Shown: positions 1 to 11,150, counted from the first letter of the stretch. The stretch is DNA of 64,000 nucleotides from Candidatus Velthaea sp. (GCA_965214935.1 CBDCCS010000010.1:224001-288000); one strand, 5' to 3'. The notes: generated from the letters alone by a model not told the origin. A program made the numbers and translations.

Positions 1-16
1 CAAAGCGTCTTATCAT
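1..16 (-). CDS. 5' end of a gene running off the window (MIRRF...)
   Basis: ATG at 16 on the minus strand preceded by SD-like GGGGAG (20-25); only 5 codons visible. Confidence 0.4.
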
Positions 17-229
17 TCGCTCCCCTTAACAACGGATCGGTTGTGCCGCAACTTACATTCCCGAGCGAACGCTTCCTACGGAAATTTGGCCCAGCGTTGA
101 GTTCGAAGATACGGCACGCTCGTCGCCGTCATGCGCCGCACCATCGACTCGGGACAGCTCTACCCGACTCAAGGTGCGAACGGCGAGCCGGCGCCGACCG
201 TTCAAGCGCGCCCGGCGCTGACTGCCGTG

Positions 230-1432
230 TTAACGCCGATCGAGCCGCCGGTCCGACTCGGCCGGCAGCAATCGTTCGGCACCCGCGCGCACGAGCGTTC
301 CGTCGACGCTAAAATACGCAACGGCATCACGGCCGGTCTTTTTGCTGTGATACATCGCTTCGTCGGCTTTTTCCAAAATAGCGTTCGACGAGCGGGCGTC
401 CATCGGAAAGCATGCGATGCCGATCGATGCGCTGATTCGGACATTCGCGCGAACGCCGTGGGGGTGCAGCGGCGAAAAATCAGCCGTCGCAATAGCTGCA
501 CGCAAGCGTTCGGCGCGCTCGACGGCAGCCGACTTTTCGCAACCGGCAAAGATGATGCAGAACTCATCGCCTCCATTGCGAGCAGCGATATCGGCCGGGT
601 CGGCGAGAGCTGCGCGCAGCAATTGAGCGAGTTCGCGCAACAATGCATCGCCGCTGGCATGACCGTAATGATCGTTCCATTGTTTGAAGCGGTCGGTGTC
701 GATGAAAAGTAACGCGTAGCGCCCGCCCGGACGGTGCCGTACGGCTTCGGTAAGCTGCGCCAGTTGTGTCCGAAACGCACGTGCGCTCAGCAGTCCGGTC
801 AAGCCGTCGTACCGGGCGCTCGTGCGATCGTCGGCTCGTTCGAGTGCAATGCGGTACGCCGGCGTGGCTTGATCGATCAGCCGCACGATACCGTCGGCAA
901 CGGTTGCCGGGGCGACGCGGGCACTTGCGACATACAGCACGCAACGCCGGCCGGCATCGAGGACGAGCGGAATGGCGGCCCCGAATGCATCGCCCGGATG
1001 TAAAAGCTTGACGGCCGAGCCGTCGGCAGATGTCACGCGGTGCCCGGCGCGCAAGGCGCTTACGAGTATCGAGCCTTCGTCATCGAGCGCAAAGCCGCTG
1101 CCGTTGAAATAGGTGGCGCGCGCACCGCTGGCAGCGACGCAGGTTAAGTGCGCATCGACCTCTTCGAAGAACAGAACGCTATCGATTGCAGGTTCAAGCC
1201 CGCGGACGGCTCGATCGATTTCTTCGCGGACGGCAACAATGGAGTCGCGTGACGCATCCGACAAGCGCCGAGCGGCCGCAACGAACGACAATTCGCGCTG
1301 CGCGGCGTCCTGCGCAGCGCGACGGTAGCGGCGGGCTTGCGCCCGAGCGTAAAGCGCGCTCGACCAGCCCGTAATGCCGAACGCGACTCCGGCGCTCGCA
1401 ATGAGCGCGAGCGATCCGGCCGGCACGATCAC
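230..1432 (-). CDS. Membrane-anchored diguanylate cyclase (TM, GAF-like region, GGDEF)
   Basis: DGLTGL, FIDTDRFKQWNDHYGHASGD, ARNGGDEF, ADEAMYHSKKTGRD; GTG at 1432 just after the Crp stop. Confidence 0.92.
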   Translation of the reverse strand: MIVPAGSLALIASAGVAFGITGWSSALYARAQARRYRRAAQDAAQRELSFVAAARRLSDASRDSIVAVREEIDRAVRGLEPAIDSVLFFEEVDAHLTCVAASGARATYFNGSGFALDDEGSILVSALRAGHRVTSADGSAVKLLHPGDAFGAAIPLVLDAGRRCVLYVASARVAPATVADGIVRLIDQATPAYRIALERADDRTSARYDGLTGLLSARAFRTQLAQLTEAVRHRPGGRYALLFIDTDRFKQWNDHYGHASGDALLRELAQLLRAALADPADIAARNGGDEFCIIFAGCEKSAAVERAERLRAAIATADFSPLHPHGVRANVRISASIGIACFPMDARSSNAILEKADEAMYHSKKTGRDAVAYFSVDGTLVRAGAERLLPAESDRRLDRR

Positions 1433-1439
1433 ACCCTTG

Positions 1440-2138
1440 TCACGGAATGAGCGAGCGCAACCGATCGGGCTCAACGACGACGACATGCGAGGTGCGCATG
1501 TCGACGAGTTGCTCGTCCCAGAACCGGTTAAGGGTACGATTCACGGTTTCACGCGTCGTTCCGATCATGTTGGCCATCTCTTGATTGGTCAAGCGCAGCG
1601 TGATGCGCGTTCCGTTTGCGACGCTTTCACCGAATTGATCGGAAAGATTCAGTAATAACGTAGCTAAACGCGCACGAATATCTTGCGACGTTGTTGCCGC
1701 GATCAAAGCGTTGGCGGCGCGCAAGCGTTCGGACAATTCGATCACGAGCAGGCGGCCGATTTTCGGATTACGATCCAGCAAATCGAGAAAGTCGTCGCGA
1801 TGCACGACGCCGACCTCGACATCGGTCAACGTTTTAATCGATGCCGAGCGAAGTGACGAATCGAACATCGACATTTCGCCGAAGTAATCGCCGTCTTTAA
1901 GAATTTTGAGAATCGTCTCGCGTCCGTCGGGTGCAATCCGGCACACGGAGACAGAACCGCTGACGACAATGTAAAACGTATCGCCGGCTTCCGATTCACG
2001 AACGATAAATTGATGTTTGCCGTATTGACGATTCGTCACGGCCGAAGCGACGAGCGAAAGCTCCGCTTCTTCAAATTCGCGGAAGAGCGGCACGCGGCGC
2101 AGGCTGGTCGCATCTACCATGGCGTACGATTTGGTCAT
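1440..2138 (-). CDS. Crp/Fnr family transcriptional regulator
   Basis: cNMP pocket FGEMSMFDSSLRSAS; HTH LTNQEMANMIGTTRETVNR; start 2138 or 2120. Confidence 0.93.
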   Translation of the reverse strand: MTKSYAMVDATSLRRVPLFREFEEAELSLVASAVTNRQYGKHQFIVRESEAGDTFYIVVSGSVSVCRIAPDGRETILKILKDGDYFGEMSMFDSSLRSASIKTLTDVEVGVVHRDDFLDLLDRNPKIGRLLVIELSERLRAANALIAATTSQDIRARLATLLLNLSDQFGESVANGTRITLRLTNQEMANMIGTTRETVNRTLNRFWDEQLVDMRTSHVVVVEPDRLRSLIP

Positions 2139-2230
2139 TTGCCCGCAACCGCCCTTGTGATGTTCGAACGGCCGATAGCAAATTGATACGAACGTCATGA
2201 TTGCGACGACGAGCGGGTACCGTCGCCGCC

Positions 2231-4426
2231 ATGGCGATCGTTTACGAACCGTCCGGCAACGGCATTACGCTAACGTTAAGCGCCGATCCATACCATCGGC
2301 TCGACCGGACGGTGACGTTACATTGCTTCGTGGGATGCGCTGCCGATACACCCATTGACGCACACAGCGTAGCGTATCTCCGATTCGTTTTACCGTCCGA
2401 AGCCGTTGTTGCATCGGACGATCCAGCCGCAACGAGACTCGCTGCGCTCGTTCCTGGCAGCACTCTGGGAATCGAACGTGTCGTTCGCATTCACACCGAA
2501 GATGATGATTGCACGCTCCGTTTTCAGGCCGTCATCGCTGACTGCGGCGGACTTCTTGCGCGCTCGAATGTCGTGACGTTGGACGTTCGCCGCCGAGCAC
2601 AATTAAGCGGCGCACGGACGTTCGTACGGATCGAGCCGACCGGCAATGCGCGCGAGGTCGACATCATCGCGCAGCTTTACAATCACGGCGACGGCGCAGC
2701 GCAAAACATAACGCTCGACGTGCCGCCGCCGAACGGGACGCACGTTGCCGATGCGGCGACGGCGACCGCGCGGACGTTCGGGCGCATTGCACCAGGTGAA
2801 TTGCAAACAATCCGTTACGTTGCGTCGATCGTGACGGCCGACGGCCTGGACCTTCATGTTTCGGATGCCGCGTTGTCCGATGCATCGGGCCGATGCGTCG
2901 GGCTGCCGCCGGCATCTCTGCAACTCGACGCGGCGTTCGTACAGCCGCTTATAACGCTAAGCCAGGATCGCCGGCGATTCCACGTGCAGATTCGCGGAAC
3001 TAACGACGGCTGGGGCGCCGCACGCGACGTAATGTTTGCTTTGCAATGGCCGCACGAGTTCGAATGCAACGTTGCATCGCTGCAATACAACGCAGCATCG
3101 GTCGGACGCTTCGACCGGCTGCAAGCGTTTGTCCGGGCAGAGGTCGAGCCGGGTCGTGCGACCGTCATCGTTGCCGCGATCGATGCAGGTGCCGCATACG
3201 AGCTTGATTTCGATCTGTACCCGCAGTCCGGTGCAACCGATGGTCCGGTCGAAGTCGCCCTGCACGCCGGACGGACGATCGTGCACGCGCAAGCCGACGT
3301 TCGCTGGGCGACGCCGGCGGACGTCGCACTGCGCATTACCGGTGAGACCGATTGCGCCGCCGCTGCACGACCGTCATCGATCGAACTCGAGCTCGCCAAT
3401 ACCGGCGACCGCCACGTCCGCGTCACCCTTGACGTCGAAGGTGCTCGCGCCGAGTTTCACGCCGCCGGCAATCTCGTACCGGCGGGCGAAGAATTTTGCA
3501 TTGCGGCGGGCGATCGGCTCAGCGTTCGAGCACACCTTAGCGTATCCCGACGTTCGACGGCGCAGCGGCTAGCGGTCGCATTCGTCGTGCGCGACGCGTG
3601 CCGCGAAGTAGCGCGCAGAGACTGGTTGATTTGCGTTCGGCCGTCCACGATATCCGACGAAACGCCGGAATGGGCCGGTCCTCTAGCCGTCGCGGCGACG
3701 GCTTCGAGCGCTGAGCCGGCAACATTTGGACCGAAACGCGTGCATTCGGCGGCAAGCGTGCGCTTCGTTTTGGCGCTCGATGCCGCTCGGATCGAACGCT
3801 GTTTGCAGCTGTTGCGAGCGTCGATCCCGGCAACGATCGCGGGGCATGTTTGCGCGCTACGCGCGTTTCTTCCGGCCGCAGCGCGCAACGGCGACGCGAA
3901 CCTTCAAGCGCTGCTCCGAACCGCGTGCGACGCTCACGAGACGGCGTTGGAGCGCTTAGCACTTCACCTTCGCATGCCGGGCGGCGACCGCCACGACCGG
4001 CACGTCCTTTCGGCAACAGTTGCACCGACGGTCGGTCTGTTCGAGGCGGTTATCGCCGGCGGCGAACCGGCGGGCGGCGCCGGCACACCTTGGCCGGATC
4101 GGGCGTATTTAAGCGTCGCCTTCAGTCGAATGCACGCGCAGCAACTGCTCGATGTTCTTCGCCAAGCATCAAGCGACGGCCGACTTCTAACGTTCAGCTT
4201 GGCCCTGATGCCGTGTGCGAATACGGGCTGCGCGCCCATCGGCGCAGCGCTCGAGACCTACGTTCGAGCACTGCGTTCCGCGGATCCGGGCGCTCGCGGA
4301 CCGGCACTCGATCGAATCGAGACACAGCGGCGCGGACTCATCGACGCGCTCGTACAAGCGCAAGCAGCATATGCGCCACCCGCTCTCGCCGGCGTTACCG
4401 GCGGTGCAGCTGCGCGCACTTCGTAA
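2231..4426 (+). CDS. Large hypothetical protein with several Ig-like beta-sandwich (DUF11/CARDB-like) segments and a helical C-terminus
   Basis: Long ORF; repeated motifs LYNHGDGAAQNITL, TNDGWGAARDV, LANTGDRHVRV. Confidence 0.6.
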   Translation: MAIVYEPSGNGITLTLSADPYHRLDRTVTLHCFVGCAADTPIDAHSVAYLRFVLPSEAVVASDDPAATRLAALVPGSTLGIERVVRIHTEDDDCTLRFQAVIADCGGLLARSNVVTLDVRRRAQLSGARTFVRIEPTGNAREVDIIAQLYNHGDGAAQNITLDVPPPNGTHVADAATATARTFGRIAPGELQTIRYVASIVTADGLDLHVSDAALSDASGRCVGLPPASLQLDAAFVQPLITLSQDRRRFHVQIRGTNDGWGAARDVMFALQWPHEFECNVASLQYNAASVGRFDRLQAFVRAEVEPGRATVIVAAIDAGAAYELDFDLYPQSGATDGPVEVALHAGRTIVHAQADVRWATPADVALRITGETDCAAAARPSSIELELANTGDRHVRVTLDVEGARAEFHAAGNLVPAGEEFCIAAGDRLSVRAHLSVSRRSTAQRLAVAFVVRDACREVARRDWLICVRPSTISDETPEWAGPLAVAATASSAEPATFGPKRVHSAASVRFVLALDAARIERCLQLLRASIPATIAGHVCALRAFLPAAARNGDANLQALLRTACDAHETALERLALHLRMPGGDRHDRHVLSATVAPTVGLFEAVIAGGEPAGGAGTPWPDRAYLSVAFSRMHAQQLLDVLRQASSDGRLLTFSLALMPCANTGCAPIGAALETYVRALRSADPGARGPALDRIETQRRGLIDALVQAQAAYAPPALAGVTGGAAARTS

Positions 4427-4493
4427 AGAACCGGCCGAAACGTAGGCGAGCCGACATCCCGTCCGCCGCACAATGCGTTATCTTAGACGTACT

Positions 4494-4940
4494 ATGATGA
4501 TTTCACGCTTCGTCGCACTCTCGTTCATCGGTGCCTGGGCCGCCGTGCCGTCGATCGCTTCGGCTTACAGCGACGAAGAGTGGCGAAAGAAGCTGGGTCC
4601 GGCTGCATATGATGTATTACGTCAGCACGGTACCGAACCGGCCGGCTCGAGCGCGCTCGAGAACGAAAACCGCAAAGGCACGTATTATTGCGCGGGCTGC
4701 GATCTTGCGCTGTTTTCATCGTTGACGAAATTCGATAGCGGCACGGGATGGCCGAGCTTCTGGGCACCGATTCACAATGCGGTCGCGACGTCCGCAGACA
4801 ACGAACTCGGCTTTGCACGAACCGAAGTTCACTGCCGGCGCTGCTCGGGACATTTGGGCCATGTGTTCGATGATGGTCCACGACCGACGGGCGAACGCTA
4901 TTGCATGAACGGTATCGCACTCCGGTTTCAAGCCGCCTAA
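4494..4940 (+). CDS. msrB: Peptide-methionine (R)-S-oxide reductase, likely exported
   Basis: KFDSGTGWPSF, GHLGHVFDDGP, RYCMNG, two CxxC; signal-peptide-like N-terminus. Confidence 0.95.
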   Translation: MMISRFVALSFIGAWAAVPSIASAYSDEEWRKKLGPAAYDVLRQHGTEPAGSSALENENRKGTYYCAGCDLALFSSLTKFDSGTGWPSFWAPIHNAVATSADNELGFARTEVHCRRCSGHLGHVFDDGPRPTGERYCMNGIALRFQAA

Positions 4941-4958
4941 CGGCCCGCAGGGGGCAGA

Positions 4959-5852
4959 CTAGGGACGGACGAGTATGACCATCGCTTGCAACGTCGAACT
5001 GCGCTTTCCGTCTTGAGCGTAGGCCCGCACGGTCATGACGCGGCTGTCGAGATCGCTTTTCGGTGAACGAATGGCAATGACACCGCGCTGCGCGCCGATG
5101 ATCGTCTTTGAAACGATTGTCGGTCCGATACTTGCAACGATCTTTACTTGGCGCGCGACTGCACCGAACGAAACGGGAATGAAATCACCCGACTTTGCCG
5201 TGGTGGGTACGCGCAAGTCGGTCATCATCGGTGCGGGCGTTTCGGGTTGGATCGCTTTAACCGTCGGAACGGTGGCAAGTGCGACCGCGGCAGGCAAATG
5301 CCGGTCGGACGTCCGTGCCGACCGGGCTGCTATCGTAACATGGCGAATGGGCGCGCGATCGACTCGCGGCAGTAACGCCGGTACGTGTAAGGATAATGCC
5401 GGACGTACGAGCGGCGCCTCGACGCTTGCCGGTTCGGGGTCGGCACTCGCGCGCAACGACGGCGAGTCGACTCGTCCGGCGGCGAAGAGCAACGAAAGCG
5501 TGGCGGCGAGCAGACCGACTGCGGCTCGCTTGAGGCCGAATGAACGCGGCACCCGCTTGCGCGGCGGTCCGAGTACCATTTCGCCGTGGTCGCCGACGAT
5601 CCGCAACGTGATTGCGTCCGGCGTTATGAGCGGTTCGACCGGAATGAACAGCTGTAAACTCGTACCGGAATCGACACAGTAAGCCGAGCGAACCTCGGAC
5701 ACCAGGGGCAAACCCGTCTCGATAATGACGACAAGCTCTTGAGCACGCGATCCGCCGTTGAGAATCAATAACTCACCGCCGGCCGACGTGAAATCAAGGA
5801 CGGCACTAAGCCGTCGCTCGTTCTGTAAGTCGACAATTTCGGACGTACGCAT
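4959..5852 (-). CDS. Hypothetical single-pass membrane protein with Pro/Ala-rich linker
   Basis: ORF with central hydrophobic helix AAVGLLAATLSLLFAA, Pro-rich linker and beta-rich C-terminal domain. Confidence 0.55.
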   Translation of the reverse strand: MRTSEIVDLQNERRLSAVLDFTSAGGELLILNGGSRAQELVVIIETGLPLVSEVRSAYCVDSGTSLQLFIPVEPLITPDAITLRIVGDHGEMVLGPPRKRVPRSFGLKRAAVGLLAATLSLLFAAGRVDSPSLRASADPEPASVEAPLVRPALSLHVPALLPRVDRAPIRHVTIAARSARTSDRHLPAAVALATVPTVKAIQPETPAPMMTDLRVPTTAKSGDFIPVSFGAVARQVKIVASIGPTIVSKTIIGAQRGVIAIRSPKSDLDSRVMTVRAYAQDGKRSSTLQAMVILVRP

Positions 5853-5893
5853 GTGATTCACGATACAGTTCAAGATGTCGAGAAGCTACCCTT

Positions 5894-5921
5894 GCGCTAT
5901 GTCATCGTCTTAACATAGCGC
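5894..5921. terminator. Inverted repeat after clpX (terminator or operator)
   Basis: GCGCTATGT-10 nt-ACATAGCGC; no clear U-tract. Confidence 0.35.
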
Positions 5922-5934
5922 CAGCCGGCCTCGA

Positions 5935-7194
5935 TCAGGCGGACTGATCTTTCGGACGTTCGGCGTAAATCAACGTCGGCTGCTCGCGCTTCTCAATGAC
6001 TTCCTTGTTAATGACGCACTTCTTCACGCCTTGTAGCGACGGCAGATCGTACATGACGTCGAGCATGACCTCTTCGAGAATCGAACGCAAGCCGCGGGCA
6101 CCGGTCTTACGCGATTGCGCCCGGACGGCGATAGCGATCAGCGCTTCTTTGCTGAACGTCAACTCGACGCCGTCCATGCCCATGATCTTTTGAAACTGCC
6201 GGACGAGCGCATTGCGCGGTTCGACGAGGATTCGTCGTAGCGCCAATTCATCGAGCGCATCAAGCGTAACGACGATCGGCAAACGTCCGATGAATTCCGG
6301 AATCAAGCCGAACTTCAACAAGTCTTCGGGCATGAGTTGCTGCAAAAGTTTGCCGTTCCGCAGCTCTTTTTTACCTTCGGGATTCGAGCGAAAACCCAGT
6401 GAGTTCGAGCTGACTCGGCCTTCGATGATCTTCTCTAAGCCGTCAAACGCGCCGCCGCAAATAAACAACACGTTGGTAGTGTCGATTTGAATGAACTCTT
6501 GATGCGGGTGTTTGCGCCCGCCCTGAGGCGGCACGTTTGCGGTTGTACCTTCAAGAATCTTGAGCAAGGCTTGCTGGACGCCTTCACCCGAAACGTCGCG
6601 TGTGATCGACGGATTCTCACTCTTGCGCGCAATCTTATCGATCTCGTCGATATAGACGATGCCCTTTTCCGCCCGCTTCACATCGTAGTCGGCGGCTTGA
6701 ATGAGCTTGAGCAAAATGTTCTCGACGTCTTCGCCGACATAACCGGCTTCGGTCAGCGACGTCGCATCGGCCATCGCGAGCGGCACGTCGAGAATTTTCG
6801 CCAGCGTCTGCGCGAGATACGTTTTCCCGCTGCCGGTCGGACCGACCAGCAGTATGTTTGATTTCTGCAGTTCGACGTCGTCCGCCGTTCCGCCGGCGTT
6901 CACGCGCTTATAGTGATTGTAAACCGCAACGGCGAGCGATTTCTTGGCGCGCTCCTGCCCGATCACATACTGATTGAGGATGTGATTGATTTCCTTGGGC
7001 TTCGGAATGTTACGCAAACGTAAATTTTCATCCACGTTTTTGTACAATTCTTCTTCAATTATCTCGTTGCAAAGCTCGATGCACTCATCGCAAATATACA
7101 CACCCGGACCGGCGATGAGTTTACGAACTTGCTCCTGCGACTTACCGCAGAAACTGCATTTCAACTGACCTTTTTCATCCCCGAAACGAAACAT
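5935..7194 (-). CDS. clpX: ATP-dependent Clp protease ATPase subunit
   Basis: CSFCGK zinc finger, [21 protein letters not shown]. Confidence 0.99.
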   Translation of the reverse strand: MFRFGDEKGQLKCSFCGKSQEQVRKLIAGPGVYICDECIELCNEIIEEELYKNVDENLRLRNIPKPKEINHILNQYVIGQERAKKSLAVAVYNHYKRVNAGGTADDVELQKSNILLVGPTGSGKTYLAQTLAKILDVPLAMADATSLTEAGYVGEDVENILLKLIQAADYDVKRAEKGIVYIDEIDKIARKSENPSITRDVSGEGVQQALLKILEGTTANVPPQGGRKHPHQEFIQIDTTNVLFICGGAFDGLEKIIEGRVSSNSLGFRSNPEGKKELRNGKLLQQLMPEDLLKFGLIPEFIGRLPIVVTLDALDELALRRILVEPRNALVRQFQKIMGMDGVELTFSKEALIAIAVRAQSRKTGARGLRSILEEVMLDVMYDLPSLQGVKKCVINKEVIEKREQPTLIYAERPKDQSA

Positions 7195-7230
7195 TGCAGG
7201 CCCTGCGGTAAGCGATAACGGCGGTGAGCG

Positions 7231-7851
<621 letters not shown>

Positions 7852-7934
7852 GACGCTCTCCTATCCATCCGCGGCGCAGAGCCGCTGTATAATCCGCGAG
7901 CGCTGCATGCGCCCAAACCTGTATTCAGAAGAGA

Positions 7935-9245
7935 CTACGCAAGAACCGGTTTAGTTGCTTCCGCGACGATCTTGGCGTTCGCAATAAGAAAATCAACGGT
8001 CTTCGTGCGAACGACGCCATCGACGAGCGCTGAAAGATTCGCGCCCATCAGTTCAACGATCTTTTCGCGCGGCTGGTTGTATTGCCGCGCAAGCACGTCG
8101 AGCTCGGCTTCAACGTCGGCCGGCAATGCTTCGATCGCTTCCGCCTTTGCAATTGCTTCAATGAGCAACGTCGTCTTCACGCGCTTCTGCGCCTCGGGCG
8201 CAAACTCCGAGCGAAACTCCGCTTCGGTTTTACCGATCGCCGTCAGATAATCGTCCCAACTTGTGCCGTAGCGAGCGACGTATTGCTTCGACTCGTTGAT
8301 TAAGGCGTCGGTCTCGCGTTCGACCATAACGTGCGGTACGGGCACATCATGCGTTTCGATCAGCTTGGCGAATAGTTCCTCAATCATCGCCCGCCGGCCG
8401 CGGCTCAGCGTTGAAGCATCGAGCCGGGCGCGCACGTCGCCGCGCAGCGCCTCGATCGATTCGGCTTTCGAAACGCGTTGCGCGAAAGCGTCATCGAGAA
8501 CCGGCAGCTCCGGTTCCTTCACTTCGTGAACGGTCATCGTGAAGACGGCTTCTTTGCTCGCGAGCTCGGGCGCACCGTAGTCGGCCGGAAAGGTAACCGT
8601 AACGTCTTTTGTTTCACCGGCATGCATACCGACGATGCCGGCCGCGAAACCGGGAACGAACCGCGACTCGTCGACTTCGGTTTGCTCGCCGGTTGCCGTT
8701 CCGCCATCGAACGGCACGCCGTCGATTTTGCCTTCGTAGTCGAGGCTGACCGTATCGCCGAGCTGCACCGGCCGATCGACGGGCACGAGCGTCGCTGCAT
8801 CCTTGCGCATCGCGTCGAGCGCGGAAGTCAGCTCGTCATCGGTCGCCCCCGCGGCCTGCGCTTGTAACTCGATTCCCGTGTAGTCCTTCACGTTAATGGC
8901 CGGGCGGACGGCGACGACGGCGCGAAAGCGCAACGGCAGACCGTCGGCCTCGGGCATCAGCTGCATTTCCGGCCGGGCCAGCGGTTCGAGCTTATATTCG
9001 TCGACAGCTTGCGAATATTTTTCGGGAACGAGTTCTTCGAGTGCCCGGTCGACGATGCGTGCCGTGCCATATTGCTGCTCGAAAATTTTGCGCGGTACTT
9101 TTCCGGGCCGGAATCCGGGGACTTTGGCCGTGCGGGCGAGTTGCTTGAACGCCGCGTCGGTCGCAGCGCTGAACTCCTCCGGCGAGATGCTGATCTCGAG
9201 TTCGACTTGCGTCGGATCGAGTTGCTTCAGAGTCGTGGCAGACAC
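7935..9245 (-). CDS. tig: Trigger factor
   Basis: PGFRPGKVP, FKBP domain; GGAGG SD before GTG 9245; tig-clpP-clpX order. Confidence 0.97.
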   Translation of the reverse strand: MSATTLKQLDPTQVELEISISPEEFSAATDAAFKQLARTAKVPGFRPGKVPRKIFEQQYGTARIVDRALEELVPEKYSQAVDEYKLEPLARPEMQLMPEADGLPLRFRAVVAVRPAINVKDYTGIELQAQAAGATDDELTSALDAMRKDAATLVPVDRPVQLGDTVSLDYEGKIDGVPFDGGTATGEQTEVDESRFVPGFAAGIVGMHAGETKDVTVTFPADYGAPELASKEAVFTMTVHEVKEPELPVLDDAFAQRVSKAESIEALRGDVRARLDASTLSRGRRAMIEELFAKLIETHDVPVPHVMVERETDALINESKQYVARYGTSWDDYLTAIGKTEAEFRSEFAPEAQKRVKTTLLIEAIAKAEAIEALPADVEAELDVLARQYNQPREKIVELMGANLSALVDGVVRTKTVDFLIANAKIVAEATKPVLA

Positions 9246-9336
9246 GCGGCGTAGACCTCCGGACGGCACAACGGCGAGCCTCGCGCCCGCCGTATATGCA
9301 CTTGCTGATAATGTCGAACGAGTCGGAAAACTGTAA

Positions 9337-9411
9337 TGGAGCGGAAGACGAGATTTGAACTCGCGACCCTCGCCTTGGCAAGGCGATGCTCTACCGCTGA
9401 GCTACTTCCGC
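9337..9411 (-). tRNA. tRNA-Gly(GCC)
   Basis: GCGGAAGTAGCTCAGCGGTAGAGC...TTGCCAA...GTTCAAATC...CCA. Confidence 0.97.
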
Positions 9412-9565
9412 AAAGGGGACCGACTACCGTTCGGCATGCAAGACTTCAACCCTCGGAAAAACATGGCGCGGCGCCGAATCGCCGCAGCGCGACGCACACG
9501 CCGATCGAGACATCACTAACGTCCGCTACGCGTTCGACAGGCTGCCGCTCAAAGCAATCAACGTA

Positions 9566-9647
9566 TGGGCACGCAGAGACTCGAACTCTGATGGGTCTCC
9601 CCACTGGAACCTAAATCCAGCGCGTCTGCCAGTTCCGCCACGCGCCC
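9566..9647 (-). tRNA. tRNA-Leu(TAG)
   Basis: GGGCGCGTGGCGGAACTGGCAGACGCG...TTTAGGT, long variable arm, GTTCGAGTC; CCA not encoded. Confidence 0.95.
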
Positions 9648-9663
9648 ATCAACGTCGTTCGAA

Positions 9664-9738
<75 letters not shown>

Positions 9739-9750
9739 AAACCAGCCGTA

Positions 9751-9780
9751 ATGGTAGCGCGCGATGCTGCACGACGTCAA
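9751..9780 (-). promoter_or_regulatory. Sigma70-type promoter for tRNA-Lys(CTT)/tRNA-Leu
   Basis: TTGACG-18 nt-TACCAT just upstream of the tRNA. Confidence 0.6.
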
Positions 9781-9826
9781 GCCGAACGTACCGCCGTGCA
9801 ACGAAGCAATCGTTTTCAAATGATTC

Positions 9827-9899
9827 TGCGCCCTCCGGGACTCGAACCCGGGACCAACGGATTAAAAGTCCGATGCTCTACCAACTGAGCTAAAGGCGC
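9827..9899 (-). tRNA. tRNA-Lys(TTT)
   Basis: GCGCCTTTAGCTCAGTTGGTAGAGC...CTTTTAA...GTTCGAGTCC. Confidence 0.96.
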
Positions 9900-10008
9900 A
9901 TACGCCACGCATCTCGTGCCGAAGTGTTTGACGACCGCTTCGCGCCGAACGTCCATCGCAGTCGATCCGCGCGCATCGGCCGCTCGATTCCGGCATCTAT
10001 CGGCGGAT

Positions 10009-10087
10009 TGGGGTGACTGACGGGTCTCGAACCCGCGACCTCCGGCTCCACAAACCAGCGCTCTAACCAAACTGAGCTACAGTCACC
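10009..10087 (-). tRNA. tRNA-His(GTG)
   Basis: G-1 present, anticodon loop TTGTGGA, GTTCGAGAC, C73 plus CCA. Confidence 0.95.
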
Positions 10088-10153
10088 ACACCGCGACCGC
10101 CAACGATTCGCGCCGAACGCCGCGAAACCTAGCGCCGGATATGATGTCGATTG

Positions 10154-10226
10154 CGCGCCCGGACGGAGTCGAACCGCCATCTTCGAACTTAGAAGGTTCG
10201 TGCCTTATCCATTAGACCACGGGCGC
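10154..10226 (-). tRNA. tRNA-Arg(TCT)
   Basis: GCGCCCGTGGTCTAATGGATAAGGC...CTTCTAA...GTTCGACTCC. Confidence 0.94.
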
Positions 10227-10342
10227 ATCGCGCAGCAGCGCCAGTCATTCGCCGGCTATTGCAACGGCGCGTGGCAGGCGTCAAGATCGCTACCTCCGGC
10301 GGACGTCTTTGCCCTGCACGTTTCGCGCGGCGCAGCATCGCA

Positions 10343-10978
10343 TCATCGGACCCGCACGATCGCATCGTGTGCCGCGATCGTGCCGGAACGTTCGACGACG
10401 CAGTAAACGCCTACGATATTCGCACGCTCCTGCGCGACGGCACGCAGGACGCCGGCGGTACTTGCTCCGGTCAGGACGTCGTACGTCGTCGTCACGCAAC
10501 GGCGGATCGGTTCGACGACGTGCAGCCGTGTGTCGCCCAGCATCAACATTGCACCACTCAATGTCGCTTCACGGGCGGTGAAATCCGGCGCGGCGCGAGC
10601 GTAGATGTTCGGCCGGTAGCGTAAGGGATCGAGCCGCAAGCCGGCCAGCTTTTCGACGTCGTCAAGCCAGGTGTCGAACACGAGCGAGACCGGCCGGGCA
10701 TCAAAATAGTGTCCGGCTCCGCTTTGCGCTTCGATGTCGACTCCGGCATCGCCGGCGATCGCCTGCGCTTCTTGCGTCGTCGCGACCGTATGCAGCAAAT
10801 GATGTTCTTTGCCGCGGAAGGGCCGGCCGTAACGAGCATGGTCACGACTCGTGACCATCAGCGCTGCGGCTCGATCGCCCGCAAAACCGCCTGCTTCGAC
10901 CGTTGCTTGCGCCAGTGCCTGGGGAGCGAGTGCCTTAACGGGGTAACGCCAAAGCCCCGCGACGGTTCCGATTACCAT
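10343..10978 (-). CDS. MOSC domain protein
   Basis: LWRYPVK, GDR, RYRPNI, RRCVTT; ATG 10978 (the upstream ORF extension overlaps tRNA-Pro). Confidence 0.88.
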   Translation of the reverse strand: MVIGTVAGLWRYPVKALAPQALAQATVEAGGFAGDRAAALMVTSRDHARYGRPFRGKEHHLLHTVATTQEAQAIAGDAGVDIEAQSGAGHYFDARPVSLVFDTWLDDVEKLAGLRLDPLRYRPNIYARAAPDFTAREATLSGAMLMLGDTRLHVVEPIRRCVTTTYDVLTGASTAGVLRAVAQERANIVGVYCVVERSGTIAAHDAIVRVR

Positions 10979-11027
10979 GCCGACGACGACCCTTCCGGCG
11001 CTCGCTCGATGCACTCGAGACAAAACG

Positions 11028-11101
11028 TCGGGACGACAGGATTTGAACCTGCGACTTCTGCGTCCCAAACGCAGCGCTCTACCAAGCTGAGCTACGTCCC
11101 G
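11028..11101 (-). tRNA. tRNA-Pro(TGG)
   Basis: CGGGACGTAGCTCAGCTTGGTAGAGC...TTTGGGA...GTTCAAATCC. Confidence 0.96.
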
Positions 11102-11150
11102 TGTGCGCTGCTTCTTCCCCTCAACGGCCGCGCGTGCCTCGCCCGGACGC

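Noticed and set aside
2157..2200. Crp/Fnr box in the crp intergenic region
   Set aside because: Only half-sites (TGTGA, TTGAT) without a correctly spaced partner
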